64,000 bases of DNA from NCBI GenBank assembly GCA_963771555.1, contig CAVYTM010000003.1, positions 392,465-456,464 of the forward strand. Reading direction: 5' to 3'. How positions within the stretch are numbered: the first letter of the stretch is position 1; every line of letters starts with the position of its first letter. Origin of the DNA: an uncultured Thermoplasmata archaeon (GTDB taxonomy: Archaea > Thermoplasmatota > Thermoplasmata > Lutacidiplasmatales > UBA184). Of this stretch, positions 14,721-25,152 are shown piece by piece. A model generated the notes under the pieces. The model worked only from the letters and a program-made list of their open reading frames with translations, was not told the DNA's origin and ran no database searches. The translations under genes and the position numbers were made by a program.

Positions 14721-16124
14721 GTGACGCGCGAAGAGTACCGCGCGGTGCTGGAGGACCTGTTCCAGCGCCGTCGCTTCGGGATCCGCCCCGGGCTCGAGAC
14801 CATCCGTGCGCTGCTCGCCGGGCTCGACCATCCCGAGGGAAAGTTCCCCGCGATCCATGTCACCGGTAGCAAAGGGAAGGGCTCGACCGCGGCGATGGCC
14901 CAGTCGATCCTGACCTCCCACGGTGTACGGACCGGCCTCTACACGTCGCCGCACCTCGCGAGCTACCGGGAACGCATTCGCCTCGACGGGCGCTTGATCC
15001 CCCGCTCGGCGGTGGTGGAGGGGATCCACCGCGTCGAAGCGGCGAGCCGCGAGGGCGAGGCCACCGGCGCCATCGAGCGCCCACCGACCTTCTTCGAGGT
15101 GACGACGGCGCTCGCGTTCGATTGGTTCGCCCGGGAGAAGGTCGACGCGGCGGTGGTCGAGGTCGGCATCGGGGGTCGTCTCGATGCGACCAACGTGCTC
15201 GACGCTCGCGTCGGTGTGGTCACGACGATCGAGCTCGAGCATACCGACCTTCTCGGACCCGACCTCGCCTCAATCGCACGCGAGAAGTCCGGGATCTTCC
15301 ATCGGGGCATGACGGGCGTCGTGGGCGTCCTTCCCCCGTCGGCCCGGACGGTCATGGAAACCGAGACGACCCGCGTCGGCGTTCCCCTGTGGCACCTCGG
15401 CAAGGAAATTCGTGTGGAAGAGCGGACGCTCTCCGCCGACGGACAGAGCTTCACCGTACGGGTCCCGGGGCGCGCGTTCCCCGGTCTGTTCATCCCGTTG
15501 CTCGGTAGCTTCCAGCCGGCCAACGCCGCCCTCGCGGTCGCCGCGGTCGTACGATTCGGCCATGCCACCGGCCGCGAGTGGGATGCCGAGAAGCTGGCCG
15601 CCGGGCTCGCCGGAGTACGTTGGCCGGGACGGCTCGAACGGGTCGCGAAACGACCCGAGCTGTTCTACGATGTCGCCCACACCCCCGAGAGCGCGTTGGC
15701 GCTCGCCCAGAGTCTCGCCGAGATCTCTCCTCTGGCGAACCCCGACGAGAGCGTGATCGTCTTCGGGTGTCTCCGGGAGAAGCACGTGGGACGCATCCTG
15801 GATGCCCTCTCGCCGCTCGCGCGCACCATCGTGGTCGTCCCATTGCGATCGGACCGGGGCGTCCGGCCGTCGGAACTTCGGGTCGCCGCGGTCGGACGGT
15901 TCCCGCGCATCGTCGAGGCGCGCTCCGCCGCGCAGGGCCTCGCGCTCGCCCGGGCCGCGACCGGCCCCGACGGGCTGACCCTCGTCATGGGGAGCGATTA
16001 CCTCGTGGGGGAGCTCCTTCGCTCGGGGGAAGACAGGGACGAGCCGGACCTGTCCGACCCGGGCGTGCCGGCTCCCGCGCCTGCATTTTCGTCGCACGCC
16101 GCGAACCGAACGGGGTCCGGATGA
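14721..16124 (+). CDS. folC: folylpolyglutamate synthase / dihydrofolate synthase (Mur ligase family, FolC-type)
   Basis: ORF 14583..16124. GTG 14721 chosen to avoid overlap with the upstream gene. HVTGSKGKGST P-loop and typical FolC N-terminus LFQRRRFGIRPGLETIRALL. Confidence 0.75.
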   Translation: MTREEYRAVLEDLFQRRRFGIRPGLETIRALLAGLDHPEGKFPAIHVTGSKGKGSTAAMAQSILTSHGVRTGLYTSPHLASYRERIRLDGRLIPRSAVVEGIHRVEAASREGEATGAIERPPTFFEVTTALAFDWFAREKVDAAVVEVGIGGRLDATNVLDARVGVVTTIELEHTDLLGPDLASIAREKSGIFHRGMTGVVGVLPPSARTVMETETTRVGVPLWHLGKEIRVEERTLSADGQSFTVRVPGRAFPGLFIPLLGSFQPANAALAVAAVVRFGHATGREWDAEKLAAGLAGVRWPGRLERVAKRPELFYDVAHTPESALALAQSLAEISPLANPDESVIVFGCLREKHVGRILDALSPLARTIVVVPLRSDRGVRPSELRVAAVGRFPRIVEARSAAQGLALARAATGPDGLTLVMGSDYLVGELLRSGEDRDEPDLSDPGVPAPAPAFSSHAANRTGSG

Positions 16125-16882
16125 AAGGCCCGCCCAGCGCGGCCCCGTTCGATTGGGAGCGGCTCCTCGACCGACTCAGCCGGCTCTACGGAACTGGGGA
16201 TTGGCGACGGCCGTACCTCCGTGACCACGCCGAGGACCCGTTCCAGGTCCTCATCGGGACGATCCTCTCCCAACGTACGCGGGACGCGAACACCGCCCAT
16301 GCGAGCGCCCGGCTGTTCGCCCGGTTCCCGGACGCGGTCACGCTGTCCCGAGCGAAGCCGTCCGAGGTCGAGACGCTCATCCGCTCGACCGGATACTATC
16401 GGGTGAAGTCGCGCGCGATCCGGGCGTGCGCGCAGCAGATCCTCGACCGTTTCGGCGGCACCGTGCCCCGGACGCTCGAGGAACTCACCTCGCTTCCCGG
16501 CGTCGGACCGAAGACCGCCAACTGCGTGCTCGTCTTCGGGTACGGCATCCCGGCGATCCCGGTGGACACGCACGTGCATCGCATCGCGAACCGGCTCGGC
16601 GTCGTGCGGACCCGCACTCCCGAACAGACCGAGGCGGCCCTGCGGAAAGGGGTGGACCCACGCTTTTGGATCCCCGTGAACCCGCTGCTCGTCCAGCACG
16701 GCCAGAACCTCTGTCGACCGAACCGACCGCTCTGTCCCGACTGTCCGATCGCCGACCAGTGCGCGACCGGCCTCGCCCTCAACGCAGGGCGGAACCCTCC
16801 GCGTCGGGAGGACCGGCCGAAGCGACCGGTGTCGCGGGCAGGAACGCGAGGGCGATCAGGGTCACGACCACGAGGAGCGTGA
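16121..16882 (+). CDS. nth: endonuclease III (DNA glycosylase/AP lyase)
   Basis: ATG 16121 overlaps the folC stop (ATGA). HhH-GPD motif LPGVGPKTANCVL, catalytic DTHVHR, and Fe-S cluster CRPNRPLCPDCPIADQC. The Arg-rich 39-aa tail overlaps the convergent MFS gene. Confidence 0.9.
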   Translation: MKGPPSAAPFDWERLLDRLSRLYGTGDWRRPYLRDHAEDPFQVLIGTILSQRTRDANTAHASARLFARFPDAVTLSRAKPSEVETLIRSTGYYRVKSRAIRACAQQILDRFGGTVPRTLEELTSLPGVGPKTANCVLVFGYGIPAIPVDTHVHRIANRLGVVRTRTPEQTEAALRKGVDPRFWIPVNPLLVQHGQNLCRPNRPLCPDCPIADQCATGLALNAGRNPPRREDRPKRPVSRAGTRGRSGSRPRGA

Positions 16883-18089
16883 GCACCTCCCACCCGAAAG
16901 CGTAGGAGCGCGCGGCGACGATCGCCCCGAAGAGCGCCGAGACTCCCGCCCCGCCGGCGAGCTGGATCGAGTTGAACAGCCCGATCGCGAGCGGAATCTC
17001 CTCGGCCGGGACCTCCCGCCAGAAGTGCGGGAGCACGTACATTACGGCGTAGACGAACCCATACGCGAACGAGAAAATGGTCCCGATCACGAGGGCGACC
17101 CCGAGGCCGGCCCAGGGCAGGATCGCGAGCACGGCCGCGGCGGTGAGCGTGACGAGGAGGAATTGCGTTCGGTGGTTCCGATGTCGTTCGGCGATCCGGC
17201 CCCCCACCGGGCCGCCGACGATGCTCGGAAGCACGAACATCATCCCCACGACCCCGGCGAGGGCGATCGTCCAACCCTCGACCGCTTCTCCCCACGGCAC
17301 CACGAACTGACCGGTCGCGAAGGTGGCTCCCTCGAAACCCACGAAGGCGAGGCCGATCGCCCACACGCCTCGGTATCGGAGGGCCGCGGGGAGTCCCGAC
17401 CGGGGTGCGAGCGGCGTCGTCGGGGCCGCTCCGACCGTCGCAGGTACCGCGACGAGACTGACAAGCGCGGTGACGCCGAGGATCGCTCCCCCCACCACGA
17501 GCGAGAGCTGCCAACCGATCGGCGGGATCAGGAGCGCCGAGCCGACGATTCCGAGCGCGGCTCCCGCGCTGAACGCAGAGCTGAAGCCGCCCACCGGAAC
17601 CCCTCGGCGACCGGGAGGGTAGAGGCTCCCGACGAGGCCGATGGCGGGGGAGAAGAACAACGCCGCGCCCACGCCGGCCACGAGACGCAGGGCGAACAGA
17701 ACAAGGAACGACGGGGCCGCCCCGCACGCGGCGGCGCTCACGGCGAGCAGACCCACTCCCGCGAGGGAGACCGAGCGCGCGCCGAACCGGCGCGCCAGCA
17801 AGCCGGCGGGGACCTGTAGGAGGCCGGCCCCCACGAGAAAGGCGGCGACCAGCAATCCCCACTGAGCCGGGCCGACCCCGAAGGTCGTTCCGATCGAGGG
17901 AAGTGCGGGTCCGACATCGAACCAGTTGTAGGCGTAGCCGACCCGCAGGGCGACGAGCGCCCAGGTGGCGCGCGCCGCGGCCTGCGGACTCAACGGAACC
18001 GTACCCGGATTCTCCGCCAACGGACCGACCGACCTTCGCCTCCGAGAGCTCCGGCTCCCCGGAGGCGATTCACGGCACCAACCAACCAA
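16779..18089 (-). CDS. MFS transporter
   Basis: 436-aa ORF, polytopic and hydrophobic, with MFS-like loop GLLARRFGARS. An alternative TTG start at 17993 would leave room for the alaS promoter. Confidence 0.7.
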   Translation of the reverse strand: MVGWCRESPPGSRSSRRRRSVGPLAENPGTVPLSPQAAARATWALVALRVGYAYNWFDVGPALPSIGTTFGVGPAQWGLLVAAFLVGAGLLQVPAGLLARRFGARSVSLAGVGLLAVSAAACGAAPSFLVLFALRLVAGVGAALFFSPAIGLVGSLYPPGRRGVPVGGFSSAFSAGAALGIVGSALLIPPIGWQLSLVVGGAILGVTALVSLVAVPATVGAAPTTPLAPRSGLPAALRYRGVWAIGLAFVGFEGATFATGQFVVPWGEAVEGWTIALAGVVGMMFVLPSIVGGPVGGRIAERHRNHRTQFLLVTLTAAAVLAILPWAGLGVALVIGTIFSFAYGFVYAVMYVLPHFWREVPAEEIPLAIGLFNSIQLAGGAGVSALFGAIVAARSYAFGWEVLTLLVVVTLIALAFLPATPVASAGPPDAEGSALR

Positions 18090-18092
18090 ACG

Positions 18093-18100
18093 GTTTAAGC
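18093..18100 (+). promoter_or_regulatory. TATA-like element (GTTTAAGC) upstream of alaS
   Basis: AT-rich element 25-32 nt upstream of ATG 18125. Confidence 0.3.
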
Positions 18101-18124
18101 ATCGGCGGCCGTCGGCGCGCCGTC

Positions 18125-20696
18125 ATGGATTCGTCGGAGTACGACCTCCAGTTCTTCCACCAGGGCGGTTTCCACCGGAGCACCTGCGTCGTCTGCGGCC
18201 ACGCCTTCTGGACGCTCGGTGATTTCGACCGCTGTCAGGAGGCGCCGTGCCGGGACTACGGGTTCATCGGCCACCCGATCCTCGCCCGACCGTACGACCT
18301 GCGCACGATGCGCGAGACGTACCTCTCGTTCTTCGAACGGCACGGCCACACGCGGATCCGACGCTATCCGACGGTCGCGCGCTGGCGCAACGACGTCTTC
18401 TTCACCCAGGCGTCGATCTACGACTTCCAGCCCTGGGTCACCAACGGTACGATTCCCCCGCCCGCGAACCCGCTCACCATCAGCCAGCCGGTGCTGCGGT
18501 TCATCGACCTCGAAGAGGTCGGCCGGAGCGGCCGCCACTTTACGCTGTTCGAGATGATGGCGCACCACGCCTTCAACCGGCCCGACCACGAGGTCTACTT
18601 CAAGGAGCGGTGCACCGAACTCTGCCACGAGCTCCTGACGAGCGAGCTCGGAGCGGACCCGAAATCGATCACCTACAAGGAGGAGGAGTGGGAGGGCGGC
18701 GGGAACGTCGGCCCCTCGCTCAGCGTGAGCGTCGCTGGCCTCGAGCTCGCGACGCTCGTCTTCATGATGTACGTCCGCGAGGGCGACCGGCTGAAGCCGA
18801 TGCCGCTGCGCGTGGTCGACACCGGTTACGGCCTCGAACGGTTCGTGTGGGCGAGCCGCGGGTCCAAGACCGCCTACGAAGCAGTCTTCGGACCGGAGTA
18901 CGAAGAGCTCCGACGCACGTTCCCGGCCCGGGAGACCGCGCTCCTGATCGACCACGCCCGGGCGCTCAACTTCCTCTTGACCGACGGGGTTGTGCCGTCG
19001 AACAGCAAGGAGGGCTACTTCGTCCGCCTCCTGCTCCGCCGTTCCCTCCGTATCCTCCAGAAGACGCCCGAGGCGCCGGACATCCTGTCGGTCCTCGACC
19101 GGGCCGGCCGCGAGATCGCTCGAGACTTTCCCGAGGTCGGGGCGCACCGGGACGACCTTCACCAGGTGGTCCTCGCGGAGGTGGACCGGTACGCCGACGC
19201 GATCACGAGGGCCCGCCAGAACGATCCGCCGGTACGAGGAACGGGTGCGGTCCACCGGGGGTCGTGTGGGCGAGGAGACCCTGGTCGAGTGGTACGATTC
19301 GCTCGGCGTTCCGCCCGACGTGGCGGTCGAGGAGCTCGAACAGCCTCCCGCGATCCCCGAGGACTTCTACGCCCGGGTCGCCGAACGTCACGAGAACGAG
19401 GGACCCACCTCGGACTACGCCGACGCCACCGAAGGACTGCCGGAAGTTCCGGAGTCCGTCCCCCCGACAGAGGTGCTCTACTATCTCGACCCGTACACGA
19501 CGAACTTCGAGGCGCACGTCGTCTGGGTCCAAGGTTCGTTCGTCGCGCTCGACCGGACCTACTTCTACCCTACCGGGGGCGGCCAGGTCACCGACAAGGG
19601 CTACCTCGGGGACCTCGAGGTGGTCGACGTCGCGCGTCGGGGTCCGTGGGTGCTCCACCACCTCGAGCGGAACGCTCCGTTCACGGTCGGAGAACGGGTC
19701 CGTGGCAAGGTGGACGTGCCGCGCCGGACGCAGCTCATGCAGCACCATACGGCGACGCACCTTCTCAACGGGGCGCTGCGCGAGGTCCTCGGGCCGCACG
19801 TTTGGCAAACCGGCGCGTACAAGGGCCCCGAGGCCGCTCGCATCGATATCACGCATTACCGAGCCCTCTCGAAGGAGGAGCTCCACAAGGTCGAGCGCCG
19901 GGTCAACGAAGTGGTCCGGGAGGACCGACCGGTGAAGAGCTACTTCGAAACGCGCGGCGAGGCGGAGCGGAGGTTCGGCTTCACGCTCTACCAGGGCGGT
20001 GCGGTGCCCGGTCGCGACCTGCGGATCGTCGAGGTACCCGGCTTTGACGTCGAGGCGTGCGGAGGGACCCACTGCACTCATACGAGCGAGGTCGGCGCGA
20101 TCGCGCTCCTCGATGTCGAGCGGATCCAGGACGGGGTCGTCCGCCTGAACTACGTGAGCGGCGAACGGGCGCTCGACGTCCGCGAAGAGCACGAGGCGAT
20201 CCTCCGCGAAGCGGCCCGACGGCTCGGAGTGCCGGTGACCCAGCTGCCGGACGGGGTCGATCGACTCCTCACCGAGGTCGAAGAATCGCGCAAGAACGCT
20301 CGGGAGCGTAGGAAGGTCGACCTCGGCGCGACCGCGGCCCGGCTCCTCGCGGACCCCACGGCCACGGAAACGGTCGGGAGCACGGTGTTGATCGTGGCGA
20401 GCGTCGACCTCGAGCGCAACGAGATGATGGAGCTCTCCCGCCTCCTGACCCGGGACAGGGGTCGCGTCGCGCTCCTCTCGAGCGAGCGGGACGGTCGCGG
20501 CCTCTTGTTCGTCGGCTCGACCGACCCGAAGGTCTCGGCCCAGGCGGCGCTCGACGCGGCGAAGGGTGAATTCGCCGGCAAGGGCGGCGGCAACCCCTCG
20601 GCGGCTACCGCCGTGGGAGAGCCGGGAGCTCCGCTCGCGAGCGCCCTCGACGCGGCTCGGAAAGCCGCGCGGGAAGCCGCGCGCGGGGGAGGCTGA
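18125..20696 (+). pseudogene. alaS: alanine--tRNA ligase, reading frame broken near 19217-19222 as assembled
   Basis: Frame of ORF 17903..20047 is AlaRS from MDSSEYDLQFF...FTQASIYDFQP... up to ..VDRYADAITRARQ, then becomes Arg-rich junk. Frame of ORF 18990..20696 is AlaRS from ..IRRYEERV..LVEWYDSLGVPPD.. through HHTATHLL, CGGTHC and the C-terminus. Total length is 3n+1. Confidence 0.9.
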
Positions 20697-20796
20697 GGGG
20701 TCGTGTTCATCGTGCGAAAGCTTTACTTTGGGATTGCGCCCATGATGGCACAGGACACGGAATGGTTCGCTGGTCGCCGGGACCCTCGTTCCAGCC

Positions 20797-22359
20797 GTGG
20801 ACAATGGACTTAGCATGAGTGCGAGCGAGGGGAGTACGGTCGGGGGAGTACCGCCGGAGGTCATCACCTTCCTCAGCGGGAAGGGGGGCCGGTCGCTCAT
20901 CGTCAAGGGCGGCGCGGGCACAGGGAAGACCACATTCGGGCTCGAGCTGCTCGAACGGGTCGGTCAGCCGACCCGGTCGTACTACCTCTCGACGCGCATC
21001 GGCGACGAGGCGCTCTTCCGCCAGTTCCCCTGGCTCAAGACCTCGGAGATGCGCACGCGCGTCCTCGACGCGGCGAAGCTGTTCCTCGATGCGATCCAGG
21101 CGGGCGGCAAGTCCCGCGAGACCGAGCTCCCCGAAGGGGAGCAGAAGAAAGTGCGCGCCGGCCGGGAGGTGCTGGCGAGCTTCGGCCAGGAACGCGGACC
21201 ACCGACCCGGGTCGACCGGACCCACCTCACGGCCCTCCTGAAGCGCAGCCCGATGCCCGAGGTGGAGAACGTCTACCAGCGGGTCGAGCGCGCCCTTCCC
21301 GAGAAGTCGCTCCTCGTCATCGACTCCCTCGAGGGTGTGACCCACAAGTACGGTCTCGAGATGGAAGAGTTCGTCATGGCCCTCCAGAAGGACCTCGTCG
21401 AGGCGTCCAGCACGGACGTCGTCATGATCCTCGAGAAGCCCGAAGCCGGCGGGATCGAGTACCTCGTCGACGGGCTCATCTCCATCCAACGCGAAGAGCT
21501 GGACGAACGGCGCGTCCGCCACCTGAGGCTCGAGAAACTGCGAGCGACCAACATCGGCCGGGCCCGCTACGCGGTGACGCTCGACGGGGGACGATTCGAA
21601 GCGCTCGGGAACATCCCGCCCAGCACGGGGGCGTCGAACGCGGGACCGTGGAAGCCGGTGCCCGACCCCGAGAAGTACTATTCGACCGGGATCCCCGATT
21701 TCGATAAGCTCCTCGGCGGTGGCCTCCGTCGGGGAAGTTTCAACGCGTTCGAGGTCGACGTGAACGTCGGGGTCGACGACTACTACATGCTGTTCACGCC
21801 CACCTTCCTCAACTTCCTGGCCCAGGGCCGAGGCATGATCGCGGTGCTCGCCGCGGGCGAGTCGCCGGACAAGCTCCGGGAGACCCTCATCCGCCATATT
21901 CCGGCGAACCAGTTCGATACTCGCGTCCGGATCCCGGACTACTCCGCGAACGAGACCGAGGAACCGTACATCCTCCCGATGGGCCGCTACGGCCGGGACG
22001 AAGCGGTGAAGGCCATGGTCGCCGCGGAGCGCGCGGTCGCCGGACCGGACCGCAAGACGTTCCTCGAGTACACCGCGTTCGACACGTTCGAGAGCCTGAT
22101 GGGCGACCAGGTCGCGATCCGGATGTACTTCCAGGGCGTCTCGCGCACGAAGCACGTCGGGAACCTCGGGATCGGCCTCCTGAAGCCGGGGCTGCTCGTG
22201 TCGAGCGAGATCCTGAACATGATGGACTCGTACTTCCGGATCATCAACATCGACAATGCGACGTGCATCTACGGCATCCGGCCGCGCACGACCATCTACG
22301 CGATCAGCCCCGACCCGGAGAAGGGCGCGCCGCACGCGACGCTGACCCCGATCGTCTAG
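20797..22359 (+). CDS. KaiC/RecA-superfamily ATPase, GvpD-like two-domain architecture
   Basis: 520-aa ORF (GTG 20797, or ATG 20815). N-domain Walker A VKGGAGTGKTT. The second KaiC-like domain (YYSTGIPDFDKLLGGGLRRGS) lacks a P-loop. Confidence 0.55.
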   Translation: MDNGLSMSASEGSTVGGVPPEVITFLSGKGGRSLIVKGGAGTGKTTFGLELLERVGQPTRSYYLSTRIGDEALFRQFPWLKTSEMRTRVLDAAKLFLDAIQAGGKSRETELPEGEQKKVRAGREVLASFGQERGPPTRVDRTHLTALLKRSPMPEVENVYQRVERALPEKSLLVIDSLEGVTHKYGLEMEEFVMALQKDLVEASSTDVVMILEKPEAGGIEYLVDGLISIQREELDERRVRHLRLEKLRATNIGRARYAVTLDGGRFEALGNIPPSTGASNAGPWKPVPDPEKYYSTGIPDFDKLLGGGLRRGSFNAFEVDVNVGVDDYYMLFTPTFLNFLAQGRGMIAVLAAGESPDKLRETLIRHIPANQFDTRVRIPDYSANETEEPYILPMGRYGRDEAVKAMVAAERAVAGPDRKTFLEYTAFDTFESLMGDQVAIRMYFQGVSRTKHVGNLGIGLLKPGLLVSSEILNMMDSYFRIINIDNATCIYGIRPRTTIYAISPDPEKGAPHATLTPIV

Positions 22360-22366
22360 GCGGTCC

Positions 22367-23020
22367 TCAACCGGGCAAGCCGAGCGCGACGACTCCCGCG
22401 CCGTAGAGGAAGAGCGCCGGTACCACGGTCATCACGAGGTCGTCGTCCACCCACGGATTCTTCGGCCACTCGGCGGCGACCGCGATCGGCGCGGCGGCCG
22501 CCGCGAGAAGGGCGGCGTCGCCCGCCGGCCACCCGCCGATGGCGGCCATACCGACGAACGCGAGGAGACCGTACGCCCCGAGGGGGATGCCGAACGCGAG
22601 CACGGGCGACGCGTGTTGGGAACGCAGCTCCCCCGCCACCGGGTCGACGACCGCGGTTCCGAGCACGGCCGCCGCTCCCACCGGGAGCGGGAACAGCGTG
22701 ACCGCGATGACCAGCGCGACGCAAAAGAAGAGGAAGCTCGCGATCCGGTGCTGCTCGTAGGGCCGGATGGTGGGAAGCTCGAGACCGGCCGTGTGCCGCA
22801 GCACCTCGAGGCCGACCATGACGGCGAGCGCGGCAAGGAGGATATCGACCTTGGGGGCGATGACGAAGAAATTGACCGGAATGATGTAATAGACGAGGAC
22901 CGCCGCCCCGAACGTATGCATGAGGCGGCGCCACGCGCGGTCGCCGAGCACTTCGTCACCGCCGAGCGCGGCGCCGAGCCAGCGGCGGAACCGGCCCTGA
23001 CGGTGGAGCCTCAGGTCCAT
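22367..23020 (-). CDS. polytopic membrane protein (weak resemblance to dolichol/phytol kinase-type CTP_transf_1 family)
   Basis: 217-aa ORF with about 6 hydrophobic segments. The functional assignment is tentative. Confidence 0.4.
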   Translation of the reverse strand: MDLRLHRQGRFRRWLGAALGGDEVLGDRAWRRLMHTFGAAVLVYYIIPVNFFVIAPKVDILLAALAVMVGLEVLRHTAGLELPTIRPYEQHRIASFLFFCVALVIAVTLFPLPVGAAAVLGTAVVDPVAGELRSQHASPVLAFGIPLGAYGLLAFVGMAAIGGWPAGDAALLAAAAAPIAVAAEWPKNPWVDDDLVMTVVPALFLYGAGVVALGLPG

Positions 23021-23145
23021 CGACCGCCGAACCGTGGCGGCCTGTATGAAGGTGCGGGCGGTGCGTCCCTTCGCGGCGGGCTGCGGGGGTTCGGGACGTC
23101 ACCCGCCCGCATAGTCTTTTGAGAACGCGACGCTCGTGACCCGGC

Positions 23146-23607
23146 GTGAAGGTCACGGTGCTCGTAGGCAGCAAATCCGACCTCGAGGTCGCGGAGAAAG
23201 TTCGCGTGCGCCTCGACGAGTTCCACGTCCCCTGCGAGGTCCACGTCGCTTCCGCCCACCGCCAACCGGACAAGGTCGACCGCCTCGTCCGTGACCCGTC
23301 GACGGACGTCTTCATCGCGATGGCGGGACTGTCGGCCGCCCTGCCCGGGGTCGTCGCCGCGCGGACGTTGAAGCCGGTCATCGGCGTCCCGCTGAACCGT
23401 GGCCTCGGGCTCGATAGCCTGCTCTCGGTGGTCCAGATGCCGCCCGGTATTCCCGTGGCTGCGGTCGGGCTCGACGCCGCCGAGAACGCAGCGCTCCTCG
23501 CGACGGCGATCCTCGCCCTCAAGTACCCGGAGCTCGAGAGCGCCCTTCGGAACTACCGCGCCAAATGGCGGGACGAGCCCTCGACGACCGCGGGGAGCCC
23601 GACGTGA
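23146..23607 (+). CDS. purE: 5-(carboxyamino)imidazole ribonucleotide mutase
   Basis: 153-aa ORF with GTG start. VLVGSKSDLEV..., VASAHRQPD and AGLSAALPGVVAA..VIGVP are PurE hallmarks. Confidence 0.9.
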   Translation: MKVTVLVGSKSDLEVAEKVRVRLDEFHVPCEVHVASAHRQPDKVDRLVRDPSTDVFIAMAGLSAALPGVVAARTLKPVIGVPLNRGLGLDSLLSVVQMPPGIPVAAVGLDAAENAALLATAILALKYPELESALRNYRAKWRDEPSTTAGSPT

Positions 23608-24551
23608 ACGACCCGGCGGCGTTCGTCGAAGAGGCCGTACGACGCCTGCGCGAACAGGTTCCCGAACGCACGATCGTGGCCGCCTCGGGCGGGATCGATT
23701 CGACGGTGGCCGCCATCCTCGCGCACCGGGCGCTCGGGGACCGGGCGAAGGCGATCTTCGTCGACACCGGGCTTCTGCGCGCCGGCGAGGTGGAGCAGGT
23801 GGACGGGTTCTTCGCGGCGAGCCGTCTTCCGTACACCCTCGTCTCGGCCGCGGACGTTTTCTTCGAGACCCTCTCGGGGGTGAGCGACCCCGAGGAGAAG
23901 CGTCGCCGGATCGGCACCGCGTTCGTCCGCGTCTTCGAGGCGGAGGCGGACCAGTTCCACAGCACCCAGCTCGTCCAGGGAACGATCGCCCCGGACTGGA
24001 TCGAGAGCGGCGGGGCGCTCCGGGACACGATCAAGACCCATCACAACGTCGGCGGTATCCCGAAGGACATGCGACTCGCCCTCGTCGAGCCTCTCCGGGA
24101 CCTGTACAAGGACGAGGTCCGCGCGGTCGCGCGCCACCTGGGCGTACCGTCGGCCGAACGTCAACCGTTCCCCGGTCCGGGGCTGGCGGTCCGTGTGAAC
24201 GGTCCCATCACTCGAGAGCGGGTCGAGCGCCTCCGGGTCGCGAACGCGATCGTGGAGGAGGAGGTCGAGCGGGCGGTCGCCGCGAAGGAGATGGCGCGAC
24301 CCTGGCAGTATTTCGCGGTGCTCCTTCCGGTCCGGACCGTAGGGGTCATGGGCGACAACCGGGTCCACGGCGAGGCGGTCAGCGTACGCATCGTGGAATC
24401 GGTCGATGCGATGACGGCGACCGCCATGGCGGTCCCGCGACCGGTGCTGTCGCGGATCTCCGAGCGGATCACTCGGGCTCTCTCCGGCGAGGTCGTGCGC
24501 GTGCTCTATGACGTCACGGACAAGCCACCCGCCACGATCGAGTGGGAATAA
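23604..24551 (+). CDS. guaA: GMP synthase, ATP-pyrophosphatase subunit B
   Basis: ORF 23565..24551. GTG 23604 overlaps the purE stop (GTGA). PP-loop ASGGIDSTV. C-terminus ends ..DKPPATIEWE. No glutamine amidotransferase domain (split archaeal type). Confidence 0.9.
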   Translation: MNDPAAFVEEAVRRLREQVPERTIVAASGGIDSTVAAILAHRALGDRAKAIFVDTGLLRAGEVEQVDGFFAASRLPYTLVSAADVFFETLSGVSDPEEKRRRIGTAFVRVFEAEADQFHSTQLVQGTIAPDWIESGGALRDTIKTHHNVGGIPKDMRLALVEPLRDLYKDEVRAVARHLGVPSAERQPFPGPGLAVRVNGPITRERVERLRVANAIVEEEVERAVAAKEMARPWQYFAVLLPVRTVGVMGDNRVHGEAVSVRIVESVDAMTATAMAVPRPVLSRISERITRALSGEVVRVLYDVTDKPPATIEWE

Positions 24552-24615
24552 TGACTGGCCCCGACCCGAAGGGAATATCTATCGCACCCCGGCTCGCGGG
24601 GCCCGAGGGCCTCGC

Positions 24616-24843
24616 GTGACCGACACAGCACCGCCTCCCGCCCGGAAGCGCACGGTCCAGTTGCCGGAGGAGATCGTCGTCGCCCTCGAACAACGGTTCC
24701 GCGGCACCTCGTTCGATTCCGTCGACGCGTTCATTGCGTTCGTTCTCTCCCGCCTCCTCGACGAACCGGGGACCACTGGCTTCAGCGAGGAAGAGGAACG
24801 GAGCTTGAAGGAACGTCTCCGGTCCCTCGGGTACATCGACTGA
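24616..24843 (+). CDS. small ribbon-helix-helix (CopG-like) protein
   Basis: GTG-initiated part of ORF 24508..24843. RTVQLPEEIVVALEQRF looks like an RHH beta-strand/helix. Ends KERLRSLGYID, as in many small archaeal RHH proteins. Confidence 0.45.
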   Translation: MTDTAPPPARKRTVQLPEEIVVALEQRFRGTSFDSVDAFIAFVLSRLLDEPGTTGFSEEEERSLKERLRSLGYID

Positions 24844-24852
24844 GCGACCGCG

Positions 24853-25152
24853 ATGGAGAGCGGCGTCGCATCCTCGGGCGCTCTGTCCTGCCCCTTCTGC
24901 GGCGCCCCCGAGACCGACCGGTTCACGCTCGAAGGTCACCGCTTCCTCGTGTTCCGCTGCCTCTTCTCCCCCGAGGTCGAGGAAGGATTGTCCGATGAGG
25001 AGATCCTCGAACGGATCCGGGCGTTCGCCGCCCAGGGCCCGGCGTACTTTCGCGGCACCTGCGACCGATTGCACCTCTACGTCACGAAGGGGGAGGGCGC
25101 GCGCCAACTGGGGGCGGAGACGACCCGCTCGGAGCCGGCCCCCGAGTCCTAG
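24853..25152 (+). CDS. hypothetical small protein with N-terminal CxxC
   Basis: 99-aa ORF (..LSCPFCGAPETDRF..FRCLFSPEV..). Starts 10 nt after the RHH gene. Composition is coding-like. Confidence 0.4.
   Translation: MESGVASSGALSCPFCGAPETDRFTLEGHRFLVFRCLFSPEVEEGLSDEEILERIRAFAAQGPAYFRGTCDRLHLYVTKGEGARQLGAETTRSEPAPES

Noticed and set aside
16779-16882. A 104-nt convergent overlap between the nth 3' end and the MFS transporter 3' end.
   Set aside because: This is probably a late stop in GC-rich DNA, or a local indel that extends nth by an Arg-rich tail. There is no independent sign of function.
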